Positions 19,412 through 26,311 of a stretch of DNA of 31,806 nucleotides are shown one piece after another; position 1 is the stretch's first letter; each line of letters starts with the position of its first letter. Under the pieces are notes generated by a model. The model had not been told where the DNA came from and made no database searches. It saw only the letters and a list, made by a program, of their open reading frames with translations. The DNA is from a virus (Duplodnaviria > Caudoviricetes). The position numbers and the translations under genes are program-made. The stretch spans positions 1-31,806 of the IMG/VR virus record IMGVR_UViG_3300032225_001850; one strand, 5' to 3'.

Positions 19412-19637
19412 GGATTCTTAATTCCTTTTCTGGTGCATCGTTAAACAGCACTTCACAACCCTTTTTGACCAGTTTTAGTTCCAAATTTGGGTGGTGCATT
19501 TTATCATTGGCCAAATCCTCTCGTGCTGATTCTTCTGTGTCGTATTCAGCATAGGGTTGCCAGCCCTTGCTTAAGATTTTACCAGTGGTTTTGTGTTTTC
19601 TTTCTGTCCAATAATATGCTTGGTAATAATAGTCCAT
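19401..19637 (-). CDS. Early hypothetical protein (78 aa)
   Basis: Has its own sigma70-type promoter and an AAAGGA ribosome-binding site. Confidence 0.8.
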   Translation of the reverse strand: MDYYYQAYYWTERKHKTTGKILSKGWQPYAEYDTEESAREDLANDKMHHPNLELKLVKKGCEVLFNDAPEKELRIHEL

Positions 19638-19666
19638 CTGCTATTCCTTTTTGTTTAACAGTTTAT

Positions 19667-19695
19667 AGTATACACTTACGACGCCAACAAGTCAA
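19667..19695 (-). promoter_or_regulatory. sigma70-type early promoter 1
   Basis: TTGACT-17-TATACT. Confidence 0.85.
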
Positions 19696-19713
19696 TTGTT
19701 TTTGCCAAGTTCA

Positions 19714-19914
19714 TTATAGATCCTCAAATTCCGCATCGCGATCTATTTCTTCACCATCTGGGCCATAGATATTGGCATCTTCAAGATAGTCGTAGTCCGA
19801 AATGGGCTGTAGGGCTTGATGGATTTGTTTGCTGGCTAGTTCTTCTGCCCAGTAAGCTGATTCAGCTTCTACTTGAATTTCTACTGCAACATAACTTCTA
19901 ACTGTGTATTTCAT
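19714..19914 (-). CDS. Small acidic early protein (VEAES..AEE motif, DpnD/PcfM-like)
   Basis: GGAGG ribosome-binding site and ATGA overlap. Confidence 0.75.
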   Translation of the reverse strand: MKYTVRSYVAVEIQVEAESAYWAEELASKQIHQALQPISDYDYLEDANIYGPDGEEIDRDAEFEDL

Positions 19915-20129
19915 TCTACTGCCTCCACTGGGTTGTCATTTTGATCATAAAATTCTGGCACATCATCACTCTTGATACGGTTTGTGTTGTAATCCAACCA
20001 GTGTTGATCCAGTTCATAGTTGGATTCTTGCTCCCATAACAGCTCGCGAGCTTGTTCAGCTGTGTCTGCTTCTATCACAAACTGTTGCTTGATCACAAAG
20101 GTTTTCCAACCAGTAAATGTATGTTTCAT
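19911..20129 (-). CDS. Small acidic early protein (IEADTAEQA motif), probable paralogue of the next gene
   Basis: GGAGG ribosome-binding site and ATGA overlap. Confidence 0.75.
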   Translation of the reverse strand: MKHTFTGWKTFVIKQQFVIEADTAEQARELLWEQESNYELDQHWLDYNTNRIKSDDVPEFYDQNDNPVEAVE

Positions 20130-20335
20130 TTGACTGCCTCCAATTTTAGGGTTCGTAATTCTGTGCGAAGCTTGTCCAAGATAGGTTGTATCTGCTCAGC
20201 CAACTCAGGTATATCACGCTGGGCCGCACGGCACTGCTGGATATGTAATTTCTTAAGTTCTATGGGCGACATCAATTGTATATGATTGATCACTTGATCC
20301 CATTCTTTACGGCTAAAACGATCTCCACGCTTCAT
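20126..20335 (-). CDS. Early hypothetical protein (69 aa)
   Basis: AGGAGG ribosome-binding site and ATGA overlap. Confidence 0.75.
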   Translation of the reverse strand: MKRGDRFSRKEWDQVINHIQLMSPIELKKLHIQQCRAAQRDIPELAEQIQPILDKLRTELRTLKLEAVK

Positions 20336-20625
20336 GCGGCTACCTCCTGGCTGGCCTGATAATAAACAGCATCTACTACAGGACCCTGGGTCAGCACGGT
20401 AATCACCGCGTGAGCACCATTAGCACCTGGTTCGTCTGCTACGATAAACACCACTCGTTCTTCTGGGCAATACCAGCTCTGAACCACCTGGCCTAGTCTA
20501 TGGTCCCAGTAGGTGCGGTGATGGCGGAATGCACCTTTAATATTCATAATCTGTCCTGTTCGAGGTCTAATGCCTAGTCTAGCTTGCACACGATCTAGGG
20601 CATGGTTAGTAAATGCTATGTTCAT
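20332..20625 (-). CDS. Small protein with a T.HA..R motif (DUF4258/RelE-BrnT-like fold candidate)
   Basis: N-terminal FTNHALDRVQAR and C-terminal AVITVLT; AAGGAG ribosome-binding site. Confidence 0.65.
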   Translation of the reverse strand: MNIAFTNHALDRVQARLGIRPRTGQIMNIKGAFRHHRTYWDHRLGQVVQSWYCPEERVVFIVADEPGANGAHAVITVLTQGPVVDAVYYQASQEVAA

Positions 20626-20655
20626 ATGGTGGCTCCTTTGCTATACTGTAATGCT

Positions 20656-20684
20656 AGTATAACGCAGGAGTCATTTCGGGTCAA
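20656..20684 (-). promoter_or_regulatory. sigma70-type early promoter 2
   Basis: TTGACC-17-TATACT. Confidence 0.85.
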
Positions 20685-20707
20685 TCTGGGCCGATCAAGT
20701 GTGGCTT

Positions 20708-21301
20708 TTACGCCACACCTTCAGTGCCTTGTGCTTGTCTAGCCACAGCATCCTGGGCGATACGCAGGAATTCTGCGGCCACTCGTGTGCTGTCGGTCTG
20801 GATCATTTCCCCGGAGGTCATGACCATATAGACCATGTGTCCTGCGTGATTACCCGCACTCCAGCTGGAATCTACTGCTATGATCCTGAAGCGTTCGCCC
20901 TGCTGGGTAGTCTCTACTTCTGCTGGACGGCCTGTGACGCGAACACACTGGGCACCCTTGTTGATTTCTCCAGCCATTTCTGCCAGCTGGGCAGGTGTAA
21001 ACCTAAAAGTGGCATAGTAGCCTGACTTCTGCTGGGGAGCCAGATGATCGCGGCCTTCTTGGTCCATGATGTCCACAGTGGCATTAACTTCTACATAGGT
21101 CTGGCCTGCCATGTCGTAGCCTCTACAGCCCATGGACTTGCTGATTTCTGCCACCAGTTCGGTGACTGAAAACCAGTAATGGTTCAGACCTTCGGCACTG
21201 TTAAGGCCAGCATCTGGCTTGTAGCCCTTTAAGTCACTGGCTACTACCTTGGCTTTCTTGGATTTCTTTACCACTCTACCATTTTCTACGCGATAAGTCA
21301 T
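20708..21301 (-). CDS. Early hypothetical protein (197 aa)
   Basis: Own promoter and GAAAGGT ribosome-binding site. Confidence 0.85.
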   Translation of the reverse strand: MTYRVENGRVVKKSKKAKVVASDLKGYKPDAGLNSAEGLNHYWFSVTELVAEISKSMGCRGYDMAGQTYVEVNATVDIMDQEGRDHLAPQQKSGYYATFRFTPAQLAEMAGEINKGAQCVRVTGRPAEVETTQQGERFRIIAVDSSWSAGNHAGHMVYMVMTSGEMIQTDSTRVAAEFLRIAQDAVARQAQGTEGVA

Positions 21302-21337
21302 CTTGTGCTACCTTTCTTTGCTTGTTTAACAGTCTAT

Positions 21338-21366
21338 AGTATACTAAATGGGCCAATTTGTGTCAA
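21338..21366 (-). promoter_or_regulatory. sigma70-type early promoter 3
   Basis: TTGACA-17-TATACT. Confidence 0.9.
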
Positions 21367-21392
21367 TTGGCCCGTGTTGCGTTTACGCCACA

Positions 21393-21611
21393 CTATTCTA
21401 CTGCCTCCAAATAGTCTTTGGCAACAGTCGTGATACGATGTGTTTTGAACTCATCATCAGATAAGTTTTTCACAGCCCAGGCTTGTGCTTCTAGGATGGT
21501 TGGGAAAAAGTAAGTGCCTTCTTGAAATGCATCCAAACAGTCCAGGCATTCGTTATGCTCGTTATACCAGGTTAAGTTGTAACAGTCTTTGAACTTTTTC
21601 AATGTATTCAT
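21393..21611 (-). CDS. Early hypothetical protein (72 aa, MNTLKKFKDC...)
   Basis: Start moved to 21611, after the GAAAGGT ribosome-binding site and downstream of promoter 4. Confidence 0.75.
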   Translation of the reverse strand: MNTLKKFKDCYNLTWYNEHNECLDCLDAFQEGTYFFPTILEAQAWAVKNLSDDEFKTHRITTVAKDYLEAVE

Positions 21612-21645
21612 TTTGCTACCTTTCTCGACTTGTTTAAGTTTTATT

Positions 21646-21674
21646 AGTATAGCAAATGGGGCATTTTGTGTCAA
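21646..21674 (-). promoter_or_regulatory. sigma70-type early promoter 4
   Basis: TTGACA-17-TATACT, with a spacer very similar to promoter 3. Confidence 0.9.
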
Positions 21675-21715
21675 ACTCTGGCTGTTGTTTTTTCACAACA
21701 CTTAAATACTTGTAT

Positions 21716-21997
21716 ATGGTTGTCGTCAATTTACAACAGTTGGGTCCTGTAGCACCGTTCTTTGTGAACCGTGCCAACTTGGCCATTGTAAAAGAGACCG
21801 CTGATGAAATACTTGCGGACACTCCTGAGGATGTAATGGATGAAATTTTAGATGAATGGGAAACCGGCTTGACTTGGCGTGCCACAGAAGCAGAACCTGT
21901 GACGGATGATTGGTATTTGCGGGCCTTGTTGTTGGTATGTTGTCGTGGACTTAGAGGTGAAATTGCTCCGCAATTCTACTGGTTTGGCGATGCTTGA
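21716..21997 (+). CDS. Hypothetical acidic protein (93 aa)
   Basis: ATG 7 nt after TAAATA (21703-21708), with no Shine-Dalgarno sequence. Confidence 0.7.
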   Translation: MVVVNLQQLGPVAPFFVNRANLAIVKETADEILADTPEDVMDEILDEWETGLTWRATEAEPVTDDWYLRALLLVCCRGLRGEIAPQFYWFGDA

Positions 21998-22009
21998 CTA
22001 AATACTTGC

Positions 22010-22178
22010 GTAGGGGCCTTGGCTCGTAGGTATCCTAAACAGTGGATACTGAACTGCGTGGTCATAACGCTATCCTTTTTTTCCATAGCCCCTACACCCG
22101 CCTTTCTGTTTAAGTCTCCAACTTTCAATAAAACGGCAAACCAAACCCCCTAGTTATTAAGCCATCTAGGGGGTTTTT
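22010..22178 (+). ncRNA. Candidate small structured RNA
   Basis: Begins 5 nt after TAAATA (21999-22004). GTAGGGGC/GCCCCTAC encloses two hairpins and the segment ends in a terminator. No ORF. Confidence 0.5.
22143..22178 (+). terminator. Rho-independent terminator
   Basis: AAACCCCCTAG-12 nt-CTAGGGGGTTTTT. Confidence 0.8.
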
Positions 22179-22213
22179 CTTTAGGTTATTTTGTTTGCGT
22201 GGTAAATACTTGT

Positions 22214-22624
22214 GGAGATGTATCATACAGAAAGGTTGGCACGCCGAATACTAATTGTGCTGGAGAATCTTGTGGAGCATACTGAGGCCTCGCACAGCAT
22301 CCAATTCGCCGGTATCTGTCCGGTGGCTTTTACGCACTACTGAAGAGTAGCCTGAAAGAATAGTCCTACTAGTTGAGAACCCTGACGAATGGATGACGAT
22401 TTGCGTGATCGGAATGGTTAGAAGATTACTATTGCTATGAGAACAAACAGCCACTGAGATGTTCTCTTAAAAGTCACGGCAGGTCTGGGTAAGCGTTGAG
22501 CCCAAGCAATACTTCGAATACTTGATAAACACCTGCTGGTAACGACAGAGCAACTCACTCGTCAAAGATATGCCACTACTTCGGATAGTGGCACTCTGAT
22601 CAATCTATCTGTCAAATGATCTCT
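22214..22624 (+). ncRNA. Candidate large structured RNA (~410 nt), family not recognised
   Basis: TAAATA at 22203-22208. The 5' and 3' ends pair (22227-22238 with 22601-22612), and there are several internal helices and a C-UUCG-G loop. No credible ORF. Confidence 0.6.
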
Positions 22625-22705
22625 AAGTAATAAAAAGAACGCATTGAGCTACGAAGTTGCTCAATAGATCTCGTTAGAGATCTCTAAATGTGCTAATATA
22701 ATGCT

Positions 22706-22882
22706 ATGAGATACAACGAATATGAATTAACCAAGATGCCTTATGGCCGGTATAAGGGTTATTTCCTTAAGGATTTACCAGAGGATTACCTACGATGGTG
22801 TGTGAGTAATTTCACTGACACAGGTATGGCCACCATGTTTGCTGTAGAACTACAACGCAGACATCCTGAATTGAGAAGATAA
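22706..22882 (+). CDS. DUF3820-like small protein (exonuclease X C-terminal-like, 58 aa)
   Basis: Not in the ORF track. Contains the MPYGRYKG..LKDLPEDYLRW signature. Confidence 0.8.
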   Translation: MRYNEYELTKMPYGRYKGYFLKDLPEDYLRWCVSNFTDTGMATMFAVELQRRHPELRR

Positions 22883-22938
22883 ATTGCCGTAAATAAATCT
22901 CTGTGGTAAATAAAAGCATAGATTAGAAAGGACATGCA

Positions 22939-23334
22939 ATGAGCGATCAATACATATTGGTAGACTGTCAAGAAAGCATTAGCCATCTCAATGGCGGACG
23001 CTTTTGGCGTATGGTGTTTGTGAGTCTAGCAGATGGCACACAACATGAAATGACAGTGGATCCGGCCTACACCAATTTCAAACGATCAGGATGGAATCAC
23101 ATAGTGGCTGATCCCTATCCTTATGGTGTTTATACAGGCCTTAAACGCACCAAAAAAACAACCAAACGAGGTATTCCTGTGGTATCAGCAGATGGCAAGG
23201 CACGCTTGATCTATCGCTGTGAGAACGATGAGGAACTGGCTCGCTTGGTTGAAGCCAATGAGCGATCATTTGAAACTGAAACTGTGTTTGGACAACTATT
23301 TGAAGCGGGGACCAACTATGGTAAGACCACATAA
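22939..23334 (+). CDS. Hypothetical protein (131 aa)
   Basis: AAAGGA ribosome-binding site; tandem TAAATA at 22890 and 22907. Confidence 0.8.
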   Translation: MSDQYILVDCQESISHLNGGRFWRMVFVSLADGTQHEMTVDPAYTNFKRSGWNHIVADPYPYGVYTGLKRTKKTTKRGIPVVSADGKARLIYRCENDEELARLVEANERSFETETVFGQLFEAGTNYGKTT

Positions 23335-23692
23335 GAGACCTGCGGCAAAAGGACCGCGACCACAGATATGGAAGATAGGACCAGACCCTGTGCTACATCA
23401 ACAATGGAAGGTGTGGGGACAACAAAAAAACCAAGCACAGTGGCGTGGTGAACAATGGGATTTATCCTTTGATGACTGGCGTGAACTATGGGGTGACCTA
23501 TGGCACAATCGTGGTCGTGAGCGTGGTGATTACTGTATGACTCGTAGAGATTGGTCAACACCTTGGACACGAGACAATGCGGTTGTGATCACCCGTATTG
23601 AACACGCCAAGATGCAGGGTGCGGCCATGAGTGCCGGATGGCGTAGTGTAGCACAAAAAAAGAAAAGGACCCGTTTGGGATTGGACCAATGA
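23318..23692 (+). CDS. HNH-like (His-Me finger) nuclease relative
   Basis: RGEQWDLSFDDW..LW...RGR..GDYCMTR.D...PW..DN pattern. Start set at 23318. Confidence 0.65.
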   Translation: MVRPHKRPAAKGPRPQIWKIGPDPVLHQQWKVWGQQKNQAQWRGEQWDLSFDDWRELWGDLWHNRGRERGDYCMTRRDWSTPWTRDNAVVITRIEHAKMQGAAMSAGWRSVAQKKKRTRLGLDQ

Positions 23693-24273
23693 AAATAGTC
23701 AAAAACATAGATTTAGCTAAGTATGCACACACAGTGGCTGACCCTTGGCGTTGGGCTCCGGCCGCAGGCACAGACGCACAGGACATTACAGACATGGCTC
23801 TTGTGGATTTTGGTAAGGAGACAGACCAAATCTTTACCAATGATCCTATTGAATATCAACGCAACATCATGATGGCCACTGTGAACCAATTTTACAATCC
23901 CAAGATGGAATTGCTAAGTGTGGCTCGCAATCCTGCCACAGGTAGCCTGTTGGCCTATACCTGGGCTGTGCGAAACCAATATGCTCCTTGGTCAAAGGAA
24001 GAAATGGTCAGTATCAAAATAGCACATATTGATCAACAACTCAGTGCCAGAAACAGGATATTCCTGTGTGCCCAAATGATCCGTATGTGGGAAGTGTGGG
24101 CTCAGGCCTGCGATATAAAAGTTATCTTTAGTAGCACAGTGCGTGGCGAACAAGATACCTTTCTAGAACTACACCGTGCGGCAGGCTACACCGTGCGTGG
24201 TAGTAGTTGCTACAAGCGATTGAGCACTACTACATTTGAAATTGACAAACCCGTAATTATAACAAGGATATAA
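23689..24273 (+). CDS. GNAT-fold acetyltransferase-like protein
   Basis: Beta-alpha pattern LLSVAR..GSLLAY, AHID, WAQACDIKVI, and LH.AAGY near the C-terminus. Confidence 0.6.
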   Translation: MKIVKNIDLAKYAHTVADPWRWAPAAGTDAQDITDMALVDFGKETDQIFTNDPIEYQRNIMMATVNQFYNPKMELLSVARNPATGSLLAYTWAVRNQYAPWSKEEMVSIKIAHIDQQLSARNRIFLCAQMIRMWEVWAQACDIKVIFSSTVRGEQDTFLELHRAAGYTVRGSSCYKRLSTTTFEIDKPVIITRI

Positions 24274-24274
24274 T

Positions 24275-24529
24275 ATGATACAAGCAACAGGAACAAGACT
24301 GATAATAACCAAACAAGAACAAGACCTAACCACCAGCACAGGCATTGTGTTGAAACACACAGATGAATATCCTCGTGCTAGGGTTGCCAGTGTAGGACCT
24401 CGAATTGATATTGATGTGGTAGTAGGACAAGAGATCCTAGTTGATTGGTCGCGTGTGGGCCGTTTTGAACACGACAAACAGGAATACTTTGTGGTGGATC
24501 AAAGCAATGTGATGGGTGCGTTTGATTAA
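24275..24529 (+). CDS. groES: GroES-like co-chaperonin
   Basis: 84 aa with a TTSTGIVL mobile loop, VASVGP, V.VGQ and a terminal NVMG motif. Confidence 0.85.
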   Translation: MIQATGTRLIITKQEQDLTTSTGIVLKHTDEYPRARVASVGPRIDIDVVVGQEILVDWSRVGRFEHDKQEYFVVDQSNVMGAFD

Positions 24530-24534
24530 ATACT

Positions 24535-24599
24535 AGGTCAACGGCACACGAGGGTCAAGCCCTGAGCTGATAATTTTTGCCGTTTCTCGTCAGCGACCT
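24535..24599 (+). ncRNA. Candidate compact pseudoknotted RNA
   Basis: Follows TAAATA (24527-24532). Pairings AGGTC/GACCT, AACGGCA/TGCCGTT, AGGG/CCCT and GCTGA/TCAGC. Confidence 0.4.
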
Positions 24600-24630
24600 T
24601 ATTCCAAAGAGGTTTTTGCAGGGTCAAGCC

Positions 24631-24897
24631 TCACTTGACAGCGTAATGTATCACTATGCCCAACAGGGTCACTATAATGAATCCTGACCACTTGAGATAA
24701 GTGGCCTGGGTTGAAGTGGTAATACGATTTACTGATGTTTTGATTTCTGCTACCAATTGAGTCAGTTCGGCCAGGCGGCCATCAACTTCATCAAATTTGG
24801 CAATTAACTGCCCATAGCGTTCAGCACATAGATCCACATGCAGGTCCAGACTGGCCTTTTCAGCAGGTATATTGCTGATCACAGACAATTCGCTCAT
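24631..24897 (-). CDS. Coiled-coil protein with C-terminal transmembrane helix (possible holin-like)
   Basis: SLDLHVDLCAERY, a coiled coil and WSGFIIVTLLGIVIHY; ATGA overlap with dps. Confidence 0.7.
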   Translation of the reverse strand: MSELSVISNIPAEKASLDLHVDLCAERYGQLIAKFDEVDGRLAELTQLVAEIKTSVNRITTSTQATYLKWSGFIIVTLLGIVIHYAVK

Positions 24898-25325
24898 TCC
24901 AGTGTGACTCGCAACATCCAAAGACTCTTTTCAATGTCCAAGGCTTGATCTTGTGCATAGTTGGCTATTTCGTCCAGACCTTCTGCGTCGGCTGTGGCAA
25001 TAAGATCTTTGAAGTCACCCAATAGGCCTTCTAAATCTTCTTCAACTTGTGACAACAAGGAATCGGCTGTGCCTTCAATAGGACCTTTGGGCATGAAGCT
25101 CATATCAACTACTTCTGAAATATCGCATGGCATGTATTCATCCAAACTGCGTAGCAATTCACCAATGCGGTCAATTTGATCTTGACGGCGTGTGTAGATG
25201 CCTTCTAGCAGTTTATGGTCACTGCGAAAATTTCTCCCCGTAATATTTACATGAGCACAATGCGACCTGAAGTAGGCCACAAAATTGTCTCTAAATAATT
25301 GTGTTAGTTTTTCTGTTGTGTTCAT
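24894..25325 (-). CDS. dps: Dps/ferritin-like protein
   Basis: H.NITG.NF...H..L and D.IGE ferroxidase-type motifs, C-terminal EK.LWML. Confidence 0.85.
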   Translation of the reverse strand: MNTTEKLTQLFRDNFVAYFRSHCAHVNITGRNFRSDHKLLEGIYTRRQDQIDRIGELLRSLDEYMPCDISEVVDMSFMPKGPIEGTADSLLSQVEEDLEGLLGDFKDLIATADAEGLDEIANYAQDQALDIEKSLWMLRVTLE

Positions 25326-26311
25326 ATGGTTCCTGGGGCAACGGGTTGTAGGGCTTTCTGTGCGGCTTTGCGTTTAATTAGTGCATCTATGTCGCGTTGG
25401 CTACCATTCTGCAACACAGCGGCTTCCTGATCTGGCGTAACAGGAGCACCGTAAGTGGGTGTCATATTACGGAATGCTTTTTGTGCGTTTTGTCCTTGAC
25501 CTTCAGCTAGTCGTTGACCCAACTGCGAATCTTGTGCGTATTGTGCGGCATCATAGGCATTGAGTGCAAGTCCAGCTGGTCCAGCCACTTTGCCTACAGC
25601 ACGAGCAACAGGCCCCATTACCTTACCAATTTGTGCAAAACGACCTGGCACCTTGCCTGCATACTGTTCTGCGGCCGCGGCCAATCCGGGATTGGCCTTT
25701 AGTGCGGCACGACCTTCTTCTGATGCCAACCAAGCATTAACGCCGTTGTTGCCACCAGTTTTATACAGTTCACTTAACTTTGGTGCTAGATCAGGAGCGG
25801 CCTTTTGCATGGATCTAAAATCAGGAACGCTTTCTGGATATGGTTTACCTGTTACAGGACTCACAATCAAATTGCTTTGGCTTACACCTTTACTGACATT
25901 AGACGCTGTTTGTTTGGCGGCACCATACATATCTTTGATTGTTTCAAATCCTTTGGCTGTGCCAAACACAGGAGGCATACCACCGTGCATTAGCACAGCA
26001 TCAGCAAGGCCACCAACTGGATTGGCCTTGTAGCCTTGTATTACACCTTTACCTACTTCCATAAATGGTGACACTGCTTGTTTGACAGCCGTTGAGCTAA
26101 TACCAGTTGGACCTGGCACAGCAAATTGCGGAGCAACAGGGCCTTGCGGTTCTGGTGTAGAGCTAATTGGTGTTTCGGTTTTGGCCAAAAACTCCACTGG
26201 ATCAAATTTGGATTCAGCGGCCTTGGGTTGTTCTACAGGTGCGGCCGCAGGTGCGGCTTCCTTTTTGGGCTCTGTGGTTTCAGCTAGAAATTCTGCTGGA
26301 TCAAAAGCCAT
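25322..26311 (-). CDS. Putative internal virion/ejection protein (329 aa)
   Basis: Rich in A/G/P with a duplicated FDP.EFLA motif, coupled to the upstream ejection gene. Confidence 0.7.
   Translation of the reverse strand: MAFDPAEFLAETTEPKKEAAPAAAPVEQPKAAESKFDPVEFLAKTETPISSTPEPQGPVAPQFAVPGPTGISSTAVKQAVSPFMEVGKGVIQGYKANPVGGLADAVLMHGGMPPVFGTAKGFETIKDMYGAAKQTASNVSKGVSQSNLIVSPVTGKPYPESVPDFRSMQKAAPDLAPKLSELYKTGGNNGVNAWLASEEGRAALKANPGLAAAAEQYAGKVPGRFAQIGKVMGPVARAVGKVAGPAGLALNAYDAAQYAQDSQLGQRLAEGQGQNAQKAFRNMTPTYGAPVTPDQEAAVLQNGSQRDIDALIKRKAAQKALQPVAPGTI

Noticed and set aside
22329-22366. GAAAGAATAGTCC resembles the group I intron S element
   Set aside because: The matching P7 strand is imperfect, there is too little room for P3/P8, and no interrupted gene flanks it.
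22251-22454. 67-aa minus-strand ORF in the non-coding region
   Set aside because: It has no clear ribosome-binding site or promoter, and the region is better explained by base-paired structure.
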